From Octopus sinensis (taxonomy: Eukaryota): a DNA stretch of 64,000 bases. The stretch is from NCBI RefSeq assembly GCF_006345805.1, contig NC_043014.1:47864001-47928000 (forward strand). Direction: 5' to 3'. Each line of letters begins with the position of its first letter. Position 1 is the first letter of the stretch. A program made the position numbers and the translations under genes. Below are positions 1-12,798 of this stretch, one piece after another. The notes beneath the pieces are model-generated. The model was given only the letters and a program-made list of their open reading frames with translations. It was not told the DNA's origin and searched no databases.

Positions 1-2096
1 GATACTAAAAGAGAAGAGCTGTCGGAAAGAGAGAGAGAGAGAGAACGGAAATAAGAAGGAGAAGTAGTTTAAAAAAATAACTGATATATTTGAAAGTGAA
101 AAAATAGAGTAAAATCTGGAAAAAAGATGTTGTCAAGATGTAAGGTTCTAAAGTTGAATGTGGATGGCAAAGGTTATACCAAACAGTCCCAAGATGACAA
201 CTGACTGCACTCACAGATTTGGCCAATACTGATTTGTACCAACTAGTTTGTTGTTTTTTTGTGCTTTAACAGGAAGAGAAGGAAGGAAGGAAGAAACGGT
301 AAGTAACTAGAACTGAGGAAACGTAGCTTTTAAGTTTGGAGCCACTGAGCTAGGTTTTGTTATGGGGATAGGGGGGAACTGTCCAGAATAGAAGGAGGGG
401 GAACGTTTAGTCTAAAAGATGTGGTCAGGTCGTCGAGAAAAACTAAATGTAAATGAGACGAAGAGGAGGAGGAATTAATAAAACTAGAGGAACGAAAAGG
501 TAAAAGTTCACATCAGTTTATAAAGGTAGAAATATTGTAATGTTGAAGAGATTTCGTTACAAAGAAAGATTTTTTTTTAGAAATAAAGTCAGTTTGTACA
601 GAATTGATTCAATTCAAGGTGTGTGTATGACTGTGTGTGTTTTTGTTATGGAGGGGGTTTTTTGAATTATTAGAAGATAAACAAAGAGCAGAAGGTCAGG
701 GAAAAAATAAAAAATAAAAAGGATTTTTGCATTCAATGATTTCCCTTTCGTTGATCAAAAAAACCAAAAACTACTTCAACAACAATTCAGGTACAATTTA
801 TCAAATTGAAAACTCCCATGTTTAATGTCCATCATCTAAGTGCAATAATATATTGCAATCTTCCTTTTGTTGAGTCTTTTTTGTGATAAATATAAACGGC
901 TAACCAATCATTTCTTAGTTTGTGTTAGAATGACTCTCAATATACAGAAGGGAAACTGTAATGAAACCTCATCTTTCGAATGGGAATTATCAATTCCCTA
1001 TGTTTTGCCATCGACAGCAGTGATATGTATAGGTTTAGCAAGACCTGCAGGGTTTCTCGAAATATAGAGAAACATTCTGAAAAAAACTGCTTATGAAATA
1101 TTGTTGGAAGCTAAAAAGGCAAAACATAGGGAATTACTGAGGGGGAAAGAGAAATAACAGCCAAGTAGACATTATTTCAACAAACTTGTATCACTTCAAG
1201 TGAAATGGTGGTACTCTTTAAATTGTAGTACCTCTCATTTATGGCACACTTCAAACTGTGGCACACTTTAAGACAGCTTCCATCCCTTGCTGAAAGTAGC
1301 AAGACAGTGCTGAGCTACAAAGATGGAATGCTCCGTTATAAAAGGAACAAATTCACCAAACAGACTTACAGCCACAACATCAACACATGACCAACTAATT
1401 TATAAGAGAACCTAATCACTTATGAAATGACCTCAGACCATTCCTTGGTGACCTTTCGGACAAGAAAAAAAAAAAAAATTTACAAATGTTTAAAAGATAT
1501 TTTTGTAGTAAAATTATCAAAGTTAATTTTCATCACCACCACCATCATCATCATCATCATTATTATTATTATCAGTCAACATCATCTTAAAAATAAGAAT
1601 TCATGTCACTTTAATAAATCATTAAAACTGAACCCTAAACACTGCAAGATATCAGGTTTCCCCCAAAGATTTTTTGTGTTCTTCAAAAGAAATTGTTCTA
1701 TGAAAGAAGAAGAAGTCGACAGAGAAGAGGAGGAATTGATCCGTTTTCCATTTGCTATGTCAAAGGATTTATCACGGAGAAAGTTTTGTTTATTTTTAAA
1801 AATCATTTTATTTATTTTAGGTCTTTTTTTTTTTAGATTTTTAGATTTCAGATATTTTCAATCTGACAGTTGAAAATATTGTGTAAAGAGGGGTGAGAGG
1901 TAGGAGAAAGAAAGGGGTTAGTTTGGCTGCAGAGGTCGACTTTTGACCTGGGTCACTTAATATTACAGGAGAAAGCACATTATCTCAGAGATTAACAGTG
2001 GAATTAATGCTACCATCGATCACCTTAATAATGAGGAGAAAAAGAAGGGCAATGCTACACATTGGCAGATGTAGGGGAGTCTATTAGTGCCTAGTG

Positions 2097-3186
2097 TATT
2101 TATTTATTTTTATTTTATTTTATCTAGTTTCAGCTCACGAGCTGTGGCCATGCTGGGGCACCGCGATTTGGTGCCGTGAAGTTGGTTCATCCGGGACACC
2201 TGACAGGAAGAGATCCAGTCCTACTTTAAAGACATCCGCATCCACCCCATGCAGGTCCCTCAGGTTCTTCGGGAGGATATTGAAGAGCTGTGGGCCTCTG
2301 AAGCCCAGGCTATCACAGTATCTTGTCCTACATCTTGATGGCAAATTTGGAGTCCTTGGCACCACACAGTGGCACCCAGTTCTGGCATTTGTGTAACTCT
2401 CGATGCCAAAGTTTGGGACAAGTCCTTCCAGATGTATATTATGGCATATCTTTCTCGCCTACGCTCCAAGGAATAGAGTTTTAATCTCTGGAGTCTTTCC
2501 CAGTAGCTTATATGCTGCACAGAGGCTATCTTCTTCGTGTAGCTTCGTTGGATCGCCCCAAGTTCTGTGATCAACTTGACACTGGATGGTGACCATAGCT
2601 GAGAGCAATAGTCAAAGTGGCTTAGGACAAGTGTCCTCCAGAGGACCATCATGGTTTCTTGTTCTAAAGGTTCTAAGAATCCATCCGGCCAGCCGTCTAC
2701 ATTTCATTGCCAATTTAGCAACATGTACATGAAAGGTTGCGTCATCACTCATGTAAATACCCAGGTCATGCACTGATTGTGCCTCTAGGATTGCAATCCC
2801 TCCGGGTCCAGTGTATTTATTGGGTATTGCATTTAGTTTTGCATGCTGATAGCATAAAGCTTGAAACTTTTCAGCATTGAACTACATGCTATTCTTTTCA
2901 GCCCACTTGTGTATTTTGTCCAGCTCACATTGCAGGTGCTTAGTGTCTTCAGGGTTCTGTATTGCCTGTGAAACTTTTGTATCATCTGCGTAACTTGTGA
3001 TCGTGGCTCTCTGCGTGGCTGAGGGCATGTCTGAGAGGGCCATTATGAACAGTAGTGGTCCCAAAACAGTGCCCTGCGGAACACCGCTCACTATTTGCGT
3101 GTTAATGGAAGTGGCCCCATTGGCTACTACCACCTGACTTCTATCCTTCAGAAAGTCATGAAGCCATTCTCCCAATTTTCCAACTA
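2097..3186 (-). mobile_element. 5'-truncated CR1-group LINE remnant (RT C-terminal part), disabled
   Basis: SGVPQGTVLGPLLF, YADDTK and LVLSHFDYCSQLWSP...LYSLERRRER motifs; in-frame stop at 2882 and a frameshift near 2655; (TAAAA)n-type tail near 2097-2125. Confidence 0.9.
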
Positions 3187-3760
3187 TGTATGACTGGTAC
3201 TTATTTTATCAGGCAATGATGATGATGATGATGATGATAATTTCATTCAAAATGGCAGAGAATTATTTACATAATTGTTTCAAAGTGTGTTTAAACAGAG
3301 ACAGACAGACAGCAGACAGACAAGAGAGGAGGAGGGAAGAGAGACAGGGGGGAAAGAAGAAACAGAGAAGTAGAGGGGTTAATGACATCAAAAGTAGCTA
3401 CAATTTATTTTTTTAATGTTGTATTCAGTTTTGCTATTCTTGACTGAACTGATCCCTTTAAAACCAAGGGTCGGGGGGTGGGGGAGGTGATAACATTGAT
3501 CTGTCACCCTATCCAATCACCATAATACCTACGATAAACTAGACATTAGATCTCCCAACTGCACCAGAGCTTTGCTTTGCCTCCCACCCTAAGCTATGTA
3601 CCAGTAATACAATGTGGGTTACTTTCAAAAGAACTATTTGCTCCTCATCTCACCTCACACCTTGAGAAACAAGAAAAATCCCTGACCAGGATTACAGAAT
3701 TATTTCTTTTGGCTAGTTTCAGCAAATAAATTGTGTGTGTGTGAGTGTGTACAAACACAT

Positions 3761-4167
3761 ACTCTTTTACTTGTTTCAGTCATTTGACTGCGGCCATGCT
3801 GGAGCACCGCCTTTAATCGAGCAACTCGACCCCGGCACTTATTCTTTTGTAAGCCCAGTACTTATTCTATCGGTCTGTTTTGCTGAACCGCTACTAAGTG
3901 ATGGGGACATAAACACACCAGCATCGGTTATCAAGTAATGCTAGGGGGACAAACACATACGCCCAAACACACACACGCATACATATATATATATACATAT
4001 ATACGATGGGCTTCTTTCAGTTTCTGTCTACCAAATCCACTCACAAGGCTTTGGTTGGCCCGAGGCTATAGTAGAAGACACTTGCCCAAGGTGCTACGCA
4101 GTGGGACTGAACCCGGAACCATGTGGTTGGTAAACAAGCTACTTACCACACAGCCACTCCTGCGCCT
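3761..4167 (-). mobile_element. tRNA-derived SINE family 1 (CORE-like block, internal (TA)n/(TG)n, (taaaagag)n tail)
   Basis: Head ggcgcaggagtggctgtgtggtaag...gggttcagtccc with A/B-box-like motifs; gtggcaccttgggcaagtgtctt resembles the CORE domain; many near-identical copies in the window. Confidence 0.9.
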
Positions 4168-4175
4168 ATGTATAT

Positions 4176-4232
<57 letters not shown>

Positions 4233-4320
4233 AGTTGTTTCTGCAGTTATGACAGCTGAAGTTAAAACTGAACTATATCAAACAACCCCACAATGCTTCA
4301 GTATATAGCTGTCATTTCCA

Positions 4321-4523
4321 TGTGACATTGCTGCAAAAGGTGTGACATTACTGCAGGGTGTCATTACTGTAGGATGAACAACATTACCACAGAAGGTCCA
4401 ACATCACCGCAGATGATGTGACATCACTGTAGGAGGTGTAACATCACTGCAAGATGTGTGACGTTACTGTGGAATGTGTGACATAACTGCAGGACAAAAT
4501 GGCATTACTGCAAGGCATGTAAC
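4321..4523. repeat. Degenerate about 20-bp minisatellite (tgtgacatcactgcagga..)
   Basis: About 10 diverged units by eye. Confidence 0.75.
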
Positions 4524-5364
4524 GACCCATCTGTTTTAACATTACCACTGTATAATGTCAGCTACCTCATTTGGGACCCACGGCTTTGAGTTCAAATCCT
4601 GTCGGGCTCTGACAACTGACTGAGTTTGTTAAAGTGCTTGCCTGGTAATTTGTGGCTCAACTATTCAAATCCTCTCTCTTCCACTGTACAGTGTCTCTGG
4701 CTCAGTGACATAGATGTAAATTAGCACCATGATGAAGTAAAGCTCACCTTTCTACAACAAACAAATACTATTTCATTTGCTTGCAGAACTGGGTTCAAAT
4801 TCTGACATAGGCTAATGGGGATAAAGGGTCAATAAGAATAAACAGAACACCAGCAGGAACATCATCATCATCAACATCATTATTATCAAACAGTCTGTTA
4901 CAACCACAACCGAGATCTCCCACAACACTTCAATTTCACTAATTTCTTCTCCAACAAAATAACAAAAAAAAAAAAAAAACCCTCATGAGCCTAATTCCCA
5001 AAAGCAGCAACTAATGAATAGACCCATAGCTTGATGAGAAGTGTAAGGTGAAGTAGACCCTGATGTGGGGGCTCAGTTGTGACTGTGTCGGAGATGGGAA
5101 GGGATCAACATGGACAGATTAGGGGGGGAAAAAAAAAACAAAAAAAACAGCAGTTCCGATAAGAGAATATAATACTGTGTGGTGAGGGAGGCGGTGTTGT
5201 CGAGGGACATCGAGAAAGAAGAGAAGTGGGGGGAAGCAGCAGCACTTTGTCTCACACCACAGCTAGACTGGATGAATTGGTGGACCGCGGTTTCAAATTG
5301 AGGTCACAGCAGTAGAGGAAGGAGACAGTTTGTTTTTGTTTTGTTTTTGCTGTGGTGAGAGTAG

Positions 5365-5598
5365 ATAACTATGGCAACGGAAACGTCAGACAAGCTGGAG
5401 GGGGGCAGGGGGAGAGGGTGATATAAAAATAAAAATATCGGGGGGGGTGGGGATGGGGGGGGGGCTAGACGAGATTAAATGACATTAAATCAATGCTAAC
5501 GAGAGACGATTTCACAGTTCAATTCTTCTTGCTGTTCAGTTTTTAATACTGCAAAAGATCATTTGATCTGATGCTATACCAATTCTACCAGTCACCTT

Positions 5599-5646
<48 letters not shown>

Positions 5647-6001
5647 TAATAATAATGAGGAGGAAGGTTTAAGTAGAGCAGCAAAATTAACTGGTATACA
5701 ATGCGGAGAGAGGGGCCCCGTTACAGGTGTATCCATGGCAACAGCAGATGTACTTCTTGCTGTACTGTAGTTTCCATGGCAACAGTTGTCACCTCAAGTA
5801 GTGGCTATGCTTTAAGATATATCCTTGTAACCACGGTAATTAATGATTGTCATAAGAAATGGCATTTGTCTATGCTTAACAGCTTTTGAAAGATGTTGTT
5901 GCAGCCATGGTAACAACAGCTACATCAGTGTAGCCATGGTAACAACAGTCACATCAGTGTAGCCACGGTAACAATAGCTATATCAGTGTAGCTGTGGTAA
6001 C
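5365..6001. promoter_or_regulatory. Cluster of RFX X-box-like motifs, four of them in a 29-bp tandem repeat
   Basis: GTATCCATGGCAAC (5729), GTTTCCATGGCAAC (5770), GTAGCCATGGTAAC (5930), and variants at 5365, 5827, 5901, 5959 and 5988. Confidence 0.45.
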
Positions 6002-6020
6002 AGTATATATATATATATAT

Positions 6021-6315
6021 CACGTGACAGACCAGTCCATCAGATGTAGTTACACATCGCTGGTCACAATGCGTTTGCATTGTTTTAGCCTTCGAATGGC
6101 GCCACCCCACTGGCTAAGCGAGCAGGCCAACAGAAGAAAGAGTGGGAGAAAGAGTAGTGAAAGAGTACAGCAGGGATCACCCCCCCCTGCCGGAGCCTCA
6201 TGGAGCTTTTAGGTGTTTTCGCTCAATAAACACTCACATCGCCCGGTCTGGGAATCGAAACCGCGATCCTACGACCGCAAGTCCGCTGCCCTAACCACTG
6301 GGCCATTGCGCCTCC
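6021..6315 (-). mobile_element. tRNA-derived SINE family 4 (single well-preserved copy)
   Basis: Head ggaggcgcaatggcccagtggttagggcagcggacttgcggtcgtaggatcgcggtttcgattccc has clear A and B boxes; CpGs retained; (TA)n flanks. Confidence 0.75.
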
Positions 6316-7199
6316 ACATATATATATATATATATATTTATATAATATATATATATATATATCATTAAAGGAAGATTTTTCTACTAGTTTTAAAGTATTT
6401 AGAAGGAGGAATGTGTAGTGGGGAGCAAGGAGAAATAGAAAGAAGGAGAGGCACCCACAAGATGCATGGTGGGTAAGGAATTGGAATTAGTGATTTGGTT
6501 CAACTTAATGTCTGACAAGAGACCCATCACCGAATATGATGATAGTTACAGCTGTTGTTTAGCTCCGAGTGTCAATGGCAGGTTCAGTAGACCTATCCAT
6601 AATCAGATATATCCCAGCCATGACCATCCTGTCTTTCATTCATGTTTTGTGTATCTAATATTTGCCCAAAGGTGACAAGGGTAAGGATGGAGTATTGTGG
6701 GAAATTTTGCTGCTATTTCTAACAGGTCAAGCAACCACTTTAGAGTTGTCCTTATGTTGGTTGTACAAGTAGTACGAAGAGAGAGAGAGAGAGAGATAAC
6801 ATATCTAGAGGGGTAGCAGAAGGGTAACACATCCACACAGCCCTGACATGTATAGAGTAAACTAAAGTTCCCACATGATTGGACATTCTGAATTCTTCTG
6901 TGACATACACCACAGAGACCAAGAGCAGTGACAGGGTGCGGCTTTAGTGTCACACTGTGTATTGAATATTCATTTTTCTCTTTTTTGTCCTCCCAAGACA
7001 CACAAAAACACACATACATATATATATAGACAGACAGATGTATCTCTCTCTCACCTCACACTTTATGGGAGAAATATATAATGAATGTGACAGTAAGCAG
7101 AGAGTGACAATAACCAGAGTTTGAACGAAATACATCTTTTGTCTTCTTCGTTATTATATTGTATGACTAAAGCAAACAAGAAGCATGTGGAGCAGGGTA

Positions 7200-7230
<31 letters not shown>

Positions 7231-8460
7231 CCTTTCTATTATGAGCACAAGACCTGAAACTTGGAAAGGAACTAGTCGAATGCCACTATGCATTTTGCCT
7301 GGCATGCTAAAACTTCTGCCAACTTCCTTAAATCCTTAAAATCCTTAAAAATGTTTTAGCCCGAAGGCCGCGGCCATGCTGGGGCACCACTGCTGTTGAC
7401 TTTATAATAACCCTTTCTACTATAGGCACAAGGGCCTGAAATTTGGTGGAGGGGATTAGTCCATTACATTTACCCCAGTGTTTCACTGGTACTTAATTCA
7501 CTGATCCCCAAAAGGATGAAACGCAAAGTCGACCTTGGTAGAACTTGAACACGGGACAAAGATAGAAGAAGTGTTTCTAAGAATTCTGTCAGGCATGCTA
7601 ACAATTCTTGCCATCTTCCCACTTTGGTAAAAGTAGCAACAATATTTTTCTTCAGACTGTGGTTGTAAGTATGGTGGGATATTTTTTCCCCCAGTGTATC
7701 ACTGGTATTTAAACATCCATCCACCTTGTCATGTCAACCACAGCGAGAATTTGAAACCAGCAACTTGGATATTTGTAAAAGGCCCTTGTCTGATATACTG
7801 CACTGTGATGTCTCATTTATGACAGATCTATAATAATAATAATAATAATAATAATAACGGTGATGATGATAATAATAACAGTAATTGTGATAATGGTTTC
7901 TGCATAAGACTGTATGACAATATGTGGCTAATTGGAATAGGGTGGGGGTGGGTCACAGACTACTAAAAATAATAACGATGATGATGATGATGATAACAAT
8001 GATGATTTCTCACATAGGCACAAAGCCAGAATTTATGGGGGAAGGGGGATAGAATTGATTATATTGACACACCCCAGTATATAACTGATACTTTTATTAG
8101 TTCGAGGACACTCCAAACCCTCTCCTGGAACAATGAAAGGCAAAAATTAACAGTGGGTGGTTGGGTGGTCAAGGGAGTTCTCTGCCTTTTTGTTCTTCCA
8201 TAATAATAATAATAATTATAATAATAATAATAATAATAATAGTAATTTCTTAAATTGGCACAAGGCCTGAAATGTGTAGAGGAGGAGGAGGAGGATGTGT
8301 AGTAAGAAAACCAACCAGCAAAACTGGCAGCAGGTTATAATGATACCTTTTGTTAGGAGAAAAGGGGGGAGTTCAGGAAGAAAGGCCATCACCATGACAA
8401 CCGGGGCCATCTCTGGATTTACATTTGAAAACTGCCAGCTTTGAAGTACTGGGCTTGTTC

Positions 8461-8466
8461 TTTATT
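8461..8466 (-). terminator. Candidate Cbl polyadenylation signal (AATAAA)
   Basis: AATAAA on the Cbl sense strand about 560 nt after the stop, past a compound microsatellite. No transcript evidence. Confidence 0.35.
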
Positions 8467-8499
8467 TTGTTATTATTATTGTTATTGTATTCATTCAAT

Positions 8500-8782
8500 A
8501 TGATATCTATATATATATAGTTTGTATAGTCTCTCTTTTTATATATATATATAGTATCTATATATATATATATATATATAGTCTGTGTATATACATATAT
8601 ATAGTCTATATATATTTATATATATAGTCTGTATATACTCTCGTTAACACATGCACACACACATACTTGCATGCATGCCCACACCTGCCAAAGTGTGGGT
8701 GTTCTCTATGTACAGCTACACATGCACATGTGTGTGCGTGTGTGCATGTCAACATGCGCGTGCGCACACGCATACACACAAG

Positions 8783-8831
<49 letters not shown>

Positions 8832-8935
8832 GTAGTCGACACAAATGGATACATGCATACACGCACGCACACACACACACACACGCACTTGCACTTATAT
8901 ATATATATACACACATACATACATAGATACAGAGC
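8500..8935. repeat. Compound (TA)n/(CA)n/(TG)n microsatellite in the predicted Cbl 3' UTR
   Basis: Direct inspection; source of the spurious His/Thr- and Val/Cys-rich ORFs. Confidence 0.9.
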
Positions 8936-9025
8936 TGTGTGATTGTGTGGGCGTGTAGTATCGTTAACTGTTTTGTGTCCCAGCCACCCTGCCGTACGCA
9001 TGTGTAAGTGCAACAGTTTTTTGCA

Positions 9026-9269
9026 CTAATTTCGTTTGACGAAAGTCTCTAGAATTTCTTCAGCCATCTTGAGATCGTTGCGTGCTACTCGGAGTGCGTC
9101 AACGACCCGGACTTTATCGTAGCCACGCGACACTAAATCCTCCACAAACTCCTGGTTGATGCTGTTGTATGAACTTGTCTCTGTGTTTTCTTTGTTGTTG
9201 TCCTGTCGTTCCCGGAGTCGCTCGCGCTGGATCGGGACAGCACCAGCCTTGTGATGGCACTCGGACTTT
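9026..9269 (-). CDS. CBL: Cbl last coding exon with UBA domain: KSECHHKAGAVPIQRERLRERQDNNKENTETSSYNSINQEFVEDLVSRGYDKVRVVDALRVARNDLKMAEEILETFVKRN*
   Basis: LVSRGY...ALRVARNDLKMAEEILETF parallels the CBL UBA (LMSQGY...ALVIAQNNIEMAKNILREF). Long pyrimidine tract and cattccag acceptor; TAG at 9026-9028. Confidence 0.93.
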
Positions 9270-9344
9270 CTGGAATGACAACACGGCAGAGAGAGAGAGA
9301 GAACAAGAGATTAGATGATGGGATAATACAGGTAAATCGAAATC

Positions 9345-9778
9345 AATCAAAAAAAATCAATGGAAATTGTAGTTGTGATACCAGTGCAAGTGGCACGTAA
9401 AAGAACCATCCGAGTGTGGCCGTTGCCAGCGTCGCTTCGACTGGCCTCCATGCCGGTGACACGTAAAAAGCACCAACCGATCGTGGCCGTTGCCAGCGCC
9501 GCCTCGACTGGCCTCCGTGCCGGTGACACATAAAAAGCACCAACCGATCGTGGCCGTTGCCAGCCTCACCTGGCACCTGTGCTGGTGGCACGTAAAAAGC
9601 ACCCACTACACTCACGGAGTGGTTGGCGTTAGGAAGGGCATCCAGCATCCAGCTGTAGAAACACTGCAAGATCAGACTGGGCCTGGTGAAGCCTCCTGGC
9701 TTCCCAGACCCCGGTCGAACCGTCCAACCCGTGCTAGCATGGAAAGCGGACGTTAAACGATAATGATGATGATGATGA
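9345..9778 (+). mobile_element. SINE family 3 ((GAT)n tail, ggaagggcatccagctgtagaaac block) with internal 62-67-bp tandem units
   Basis: Units start at 9394, 9460, 9527 and 9589; tail gacgttaaacgataatgatgatg. Related copies at about 27425-27700, 47946-48265, 51340-51485, 54841-55010, 57571-57720 and 60612-60840. Confidence 0.8.
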
Positions 9779-10501
9779 AAGAGTGTGTATGTGAAGAATG
9801 GATGTACAAGTGGGGGATGATTTACATTTTATGTCATTAAGAATAGTCTCTGACACAGTTAAATAGCAATATTGGAACCAAGGAGCCACGTAAAATGTAT
9901 TGGTGCTGGTGCCACCTAAAAAGCACCTGGTATATTCTTCAAAGCAATTGGCATTATAAAAGGAATCCAGCTATAGTAACTGGGCCAAAACAGACTGTGG
10001 AACCTGGTGCAGCCCCTGGTCTAGCCAGTTTCTGTCAAGCTGTCCAACCTATGCCAGTATGAAAATCAGATGTAGTATGATGATGATGATTGGAATCGCT
10101 CTGAGTTTACTCCTGGCACCAGGAAATGAAAATTGTTACAGAATAAAGAACAGAAATCCTGCAGTAAATCAATACTCAGAGATCAATAGTTTAAGAAATC
10201 TTTGGAATTTTCTAGAAATACATAAACATAAACAAAAAAATCCAAAAATGAACCAAGCTAATAAGAAGAGGAATTCTTTCTACAAGGTTTGAACTTTTAG
10301 GGGAGGGAGCTTGTCGATTACATCAGATCTCAGCAGAATTTGAAGTCAGAAGAAGAAACATTGCTAGGCATTTTGTTCAACATGCAAATGGTTCTGCTGC
10401 TAATTATAATAGATAATTATAACATAATAACATTCTTTATATTTTATAATTAAAAAAAAACAAACAAAAAAAAACAATAATTGCAAAACAATGTTGCTTA
10501 C

Positions 10502-10598
10502 ATTTTTGGTGGGGCTTCATCTGGTTTCGGTCTATGTTGTGGAATTGGTGGAGGATATTCCATTTCCCCAGCCCTTTGTGGGATCTTTTTAGAGTTTC
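10502..10598 (-). CDS. CBL: Cbl penultimate coding exon: (G)NSKKIPQRAGEMEYPPPIPQHRPKPDEAPPK(I)
   Basis: Pro-rich open frame. Acceptor tgttgcag, donor gtaagc; 97 nt, phase 1 to 2, matching the last exon. Confidence 0.85.
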
Positions 10599-10833
10599 CT
10601 GCAACAGATGTACACAGTGAGCAACACAGTAATATCTCAACACTGCCAGTGGCATGGTGCTGTACGGGACATGTGTAAATGGTGTGGTGTTGTATAACAG
10701 TGAAGGTAGAGAAGCTGTATTAAGAGGGAGGGAGGGAGAGAGCGAGAGAGAGAGAGCGAGAGAGAGAGAGTGAGTGAGTGACTGTGCCAGTGGTAGTTTA
10801 ATAGTGAAAGTAAGGAATCTGTAGTGAAGTCCA

Positions 10834-11067
10834 TTAACCCTTTCGATACCAACCTGCCTGAATGAAACTGACTCTGGCTCTGTAGTACAAATGTCTTGTT
10901 TTCATAAGTTCTGAATTAAAATCTTCCACCAAACCTTAGTCACAATTTATGTTCCTAACACTATCTTAATGATAACTAAGTTATTTTACTCAATTCTTTG
11001 TTATATTTAAAATAAATTGAAAGAACTACAGAGCATCTCAAAATAAATATGGTAATGAAAGGGTTAA
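10834..11067. mobile_element. TTAA-flanked (piggyBac-type) MITE, family A
   Basis: TTAA-ccctttcgatacc ... ggtaatgaaaggg-TTAA. Other copies at 11654-11882, 12571-12798, 46221-46414, 46438-46593 and 48830-49057. Confidence 0.8.
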
Positions 11068-11653
11068 GGCTGTAGTGAAGGTTGAGTTTGAGAGAAGGTC
11101 TTAAAATAGTTGTAAATAAATAAAATGTATAAGAAGGAAGTTCACTGTTTTTTTTTTCTTCATATAAACACATAACTGTAAATAAACTATGACTGGTTGA
11201 TGTACAGAGACAAAGATGGAGAATGATGTAAAAGAGGCTGGCACAACACAGAATGTGACCTCCCAACCAATTTATTCCAACGTGCAAAGAAACTGCTGCA
11301 GCTAATAACGGAGGTGAGCAGCTACATGAAGCAGTGTGCATGCAAATAGATTAACTTCGTTTGGTGGACTGGCCACAAACGACACGGATGTTAATATCTA
11401 GTGGGAAGGGAGGTTAAGTATATTTCCATAAATATCTTTTTCGAGAATTATAAAATTAATACATCCTTGATATTACATGCAGTTAAAACTTTTAATTAGT
11501 TTAATTAGTTTAGTAATCTGGAAATTTCCATACATCTTGCTTTACTCAACATTAAAAAATAGTCAGTATCTGCTGCTATATCGGTACAGTAGTGGCCTTA
11601 ATGGCTAACTAGTCTAACCTATTAGGTCCCTGGCTATGCTGTTATCAACTTCA

Positions 11654-11882
11654 TTAACCCTTTTGTTACCAACCCGGCTGAAACCGGCTCTGGTTCTGTA
11701 GTACAAATGTCTTGTTTTCATAGGTTTTGAATTAAAATCTTCCACCAAACCTTGGTCACAATTTATGTTCCTAACACTAGCTTAATGATAACTAAGTCAT
11801 TTTTCTAAATTCTTTGTTATATTTAAAGTAATTGAAAGAAACACAGAACCCCTCAAAATAAATACAGTAATGAAGGGGTTAA
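11654..11882. mobile_element. piggyBac-type MITE family A copy
   Basis: TTAA flanks, CCC/GGG termini, same internal sequence as 10834-11067. Confidence 0.8.
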
Positions 11883-12030
11883 CATGATAGGCATGTCCCT
11901 TGAATCTATATGGTGCTCTCATGGATCAGAAAGTAAAAGATTTCTACAACCGCAGCTTACTAAGTTTCAGCTTTGTTAATCTCCAGTGATACCAGTTCCC
12001 ACTAGTCAAATAAATAACCAGCTAATTAGC

Positions 12031-12259
12031 TTAACCCTTTAGTGTTTAAACCAGCTATATCTGGCCCAAATATTCTACATGTTTTATATTTGAACTAGCC
12101 ATATCTAGCCTCTCGCACCTAACCTACATTGACATTCTAAAAAATAAATAATCACATCATTGAAACCTCAAAGCTATGAGATAATGTGTGATTAATTCAA
12201 AAGAATTTGAGTGAAAAAGCATTACATTTAACAGACTAATCTGAATATTAAAGAGTTAA
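12031..12259. mobile_element. TTAA-flanked MITE, family B
   Basis: TTAA-ccctttag...taaagagTTAA (taaaggg-TTAA in better copies). Other copies at 45870-46099, 57515-57894 (interrupted), 58151-58350 and 61829-62058. Confidence 0.75.
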
Positions 12260-12570
12260 GAGTTAATTTTCCATTTGAATAACAAACATTTTTACATGTC
12301 TAACCACCAAAGACCCAACAGAGACCATATTATTTAACATTAGTTGGTTCACTTGTTAATTTGTTCAGCAATAAGAGGCAAAAATAGGGAAATTAAATGT
12401 GCGGTCTTGAGCTGAGTCTTTGAACTGGAATCGGGTAATATCCTTGGGAGACTCAGGTAAATTTTTATCATTATTTTTATTAAACAAATGGAAAATAAAA
12501 CCAAACTTGAATTGAAAAATGGCAACTTATTTTCAAACCCACTGAATAGTATTTGTGGGAAACAAAGAAT

Positions 12571-12798
12571 TTAACCCTTTTGTTACCAACCCGGCTGAAA
12601 CCGGCTCTGGCTCTGTGTACAAATGTCTTGTTTTCAAAAGTTTTGAATTAAAATCTTTCATCAAACCTTAGTCACAATTTATGTTCCTAATACTAGCTGA
12701 ATGATAACCAAGTCATTTTACGAAATTCTTTGTTATATTTATAGTAATTGAAAGAAGCACAAAGCATCTTAAAATAAATACAGTAACAAAAGGGTTAA
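12571..12798. mobile_element. piggyBac-type MITE family A copy
   Basis: TTAA flanks and shared internal sequence. Confidence 0.8.

Noticed and set aside
1427-1873. 148-aa ORF
   Set aside because: Low-complexity product of poly-A, (CAT)n and (ATT)n tracts with no domain signal.
8606-9013. His/Thr- and Val/Cys-rich ORFs
   Set aside because: Translations of (CA)n/(TG)n microsatellite in the Cbl 3' UTR.
9343-9756. ORFs with repeated ATATIGWCF units
   Set aside because: Internal 62-67-bp tandem units of a SINE family 3 copy.
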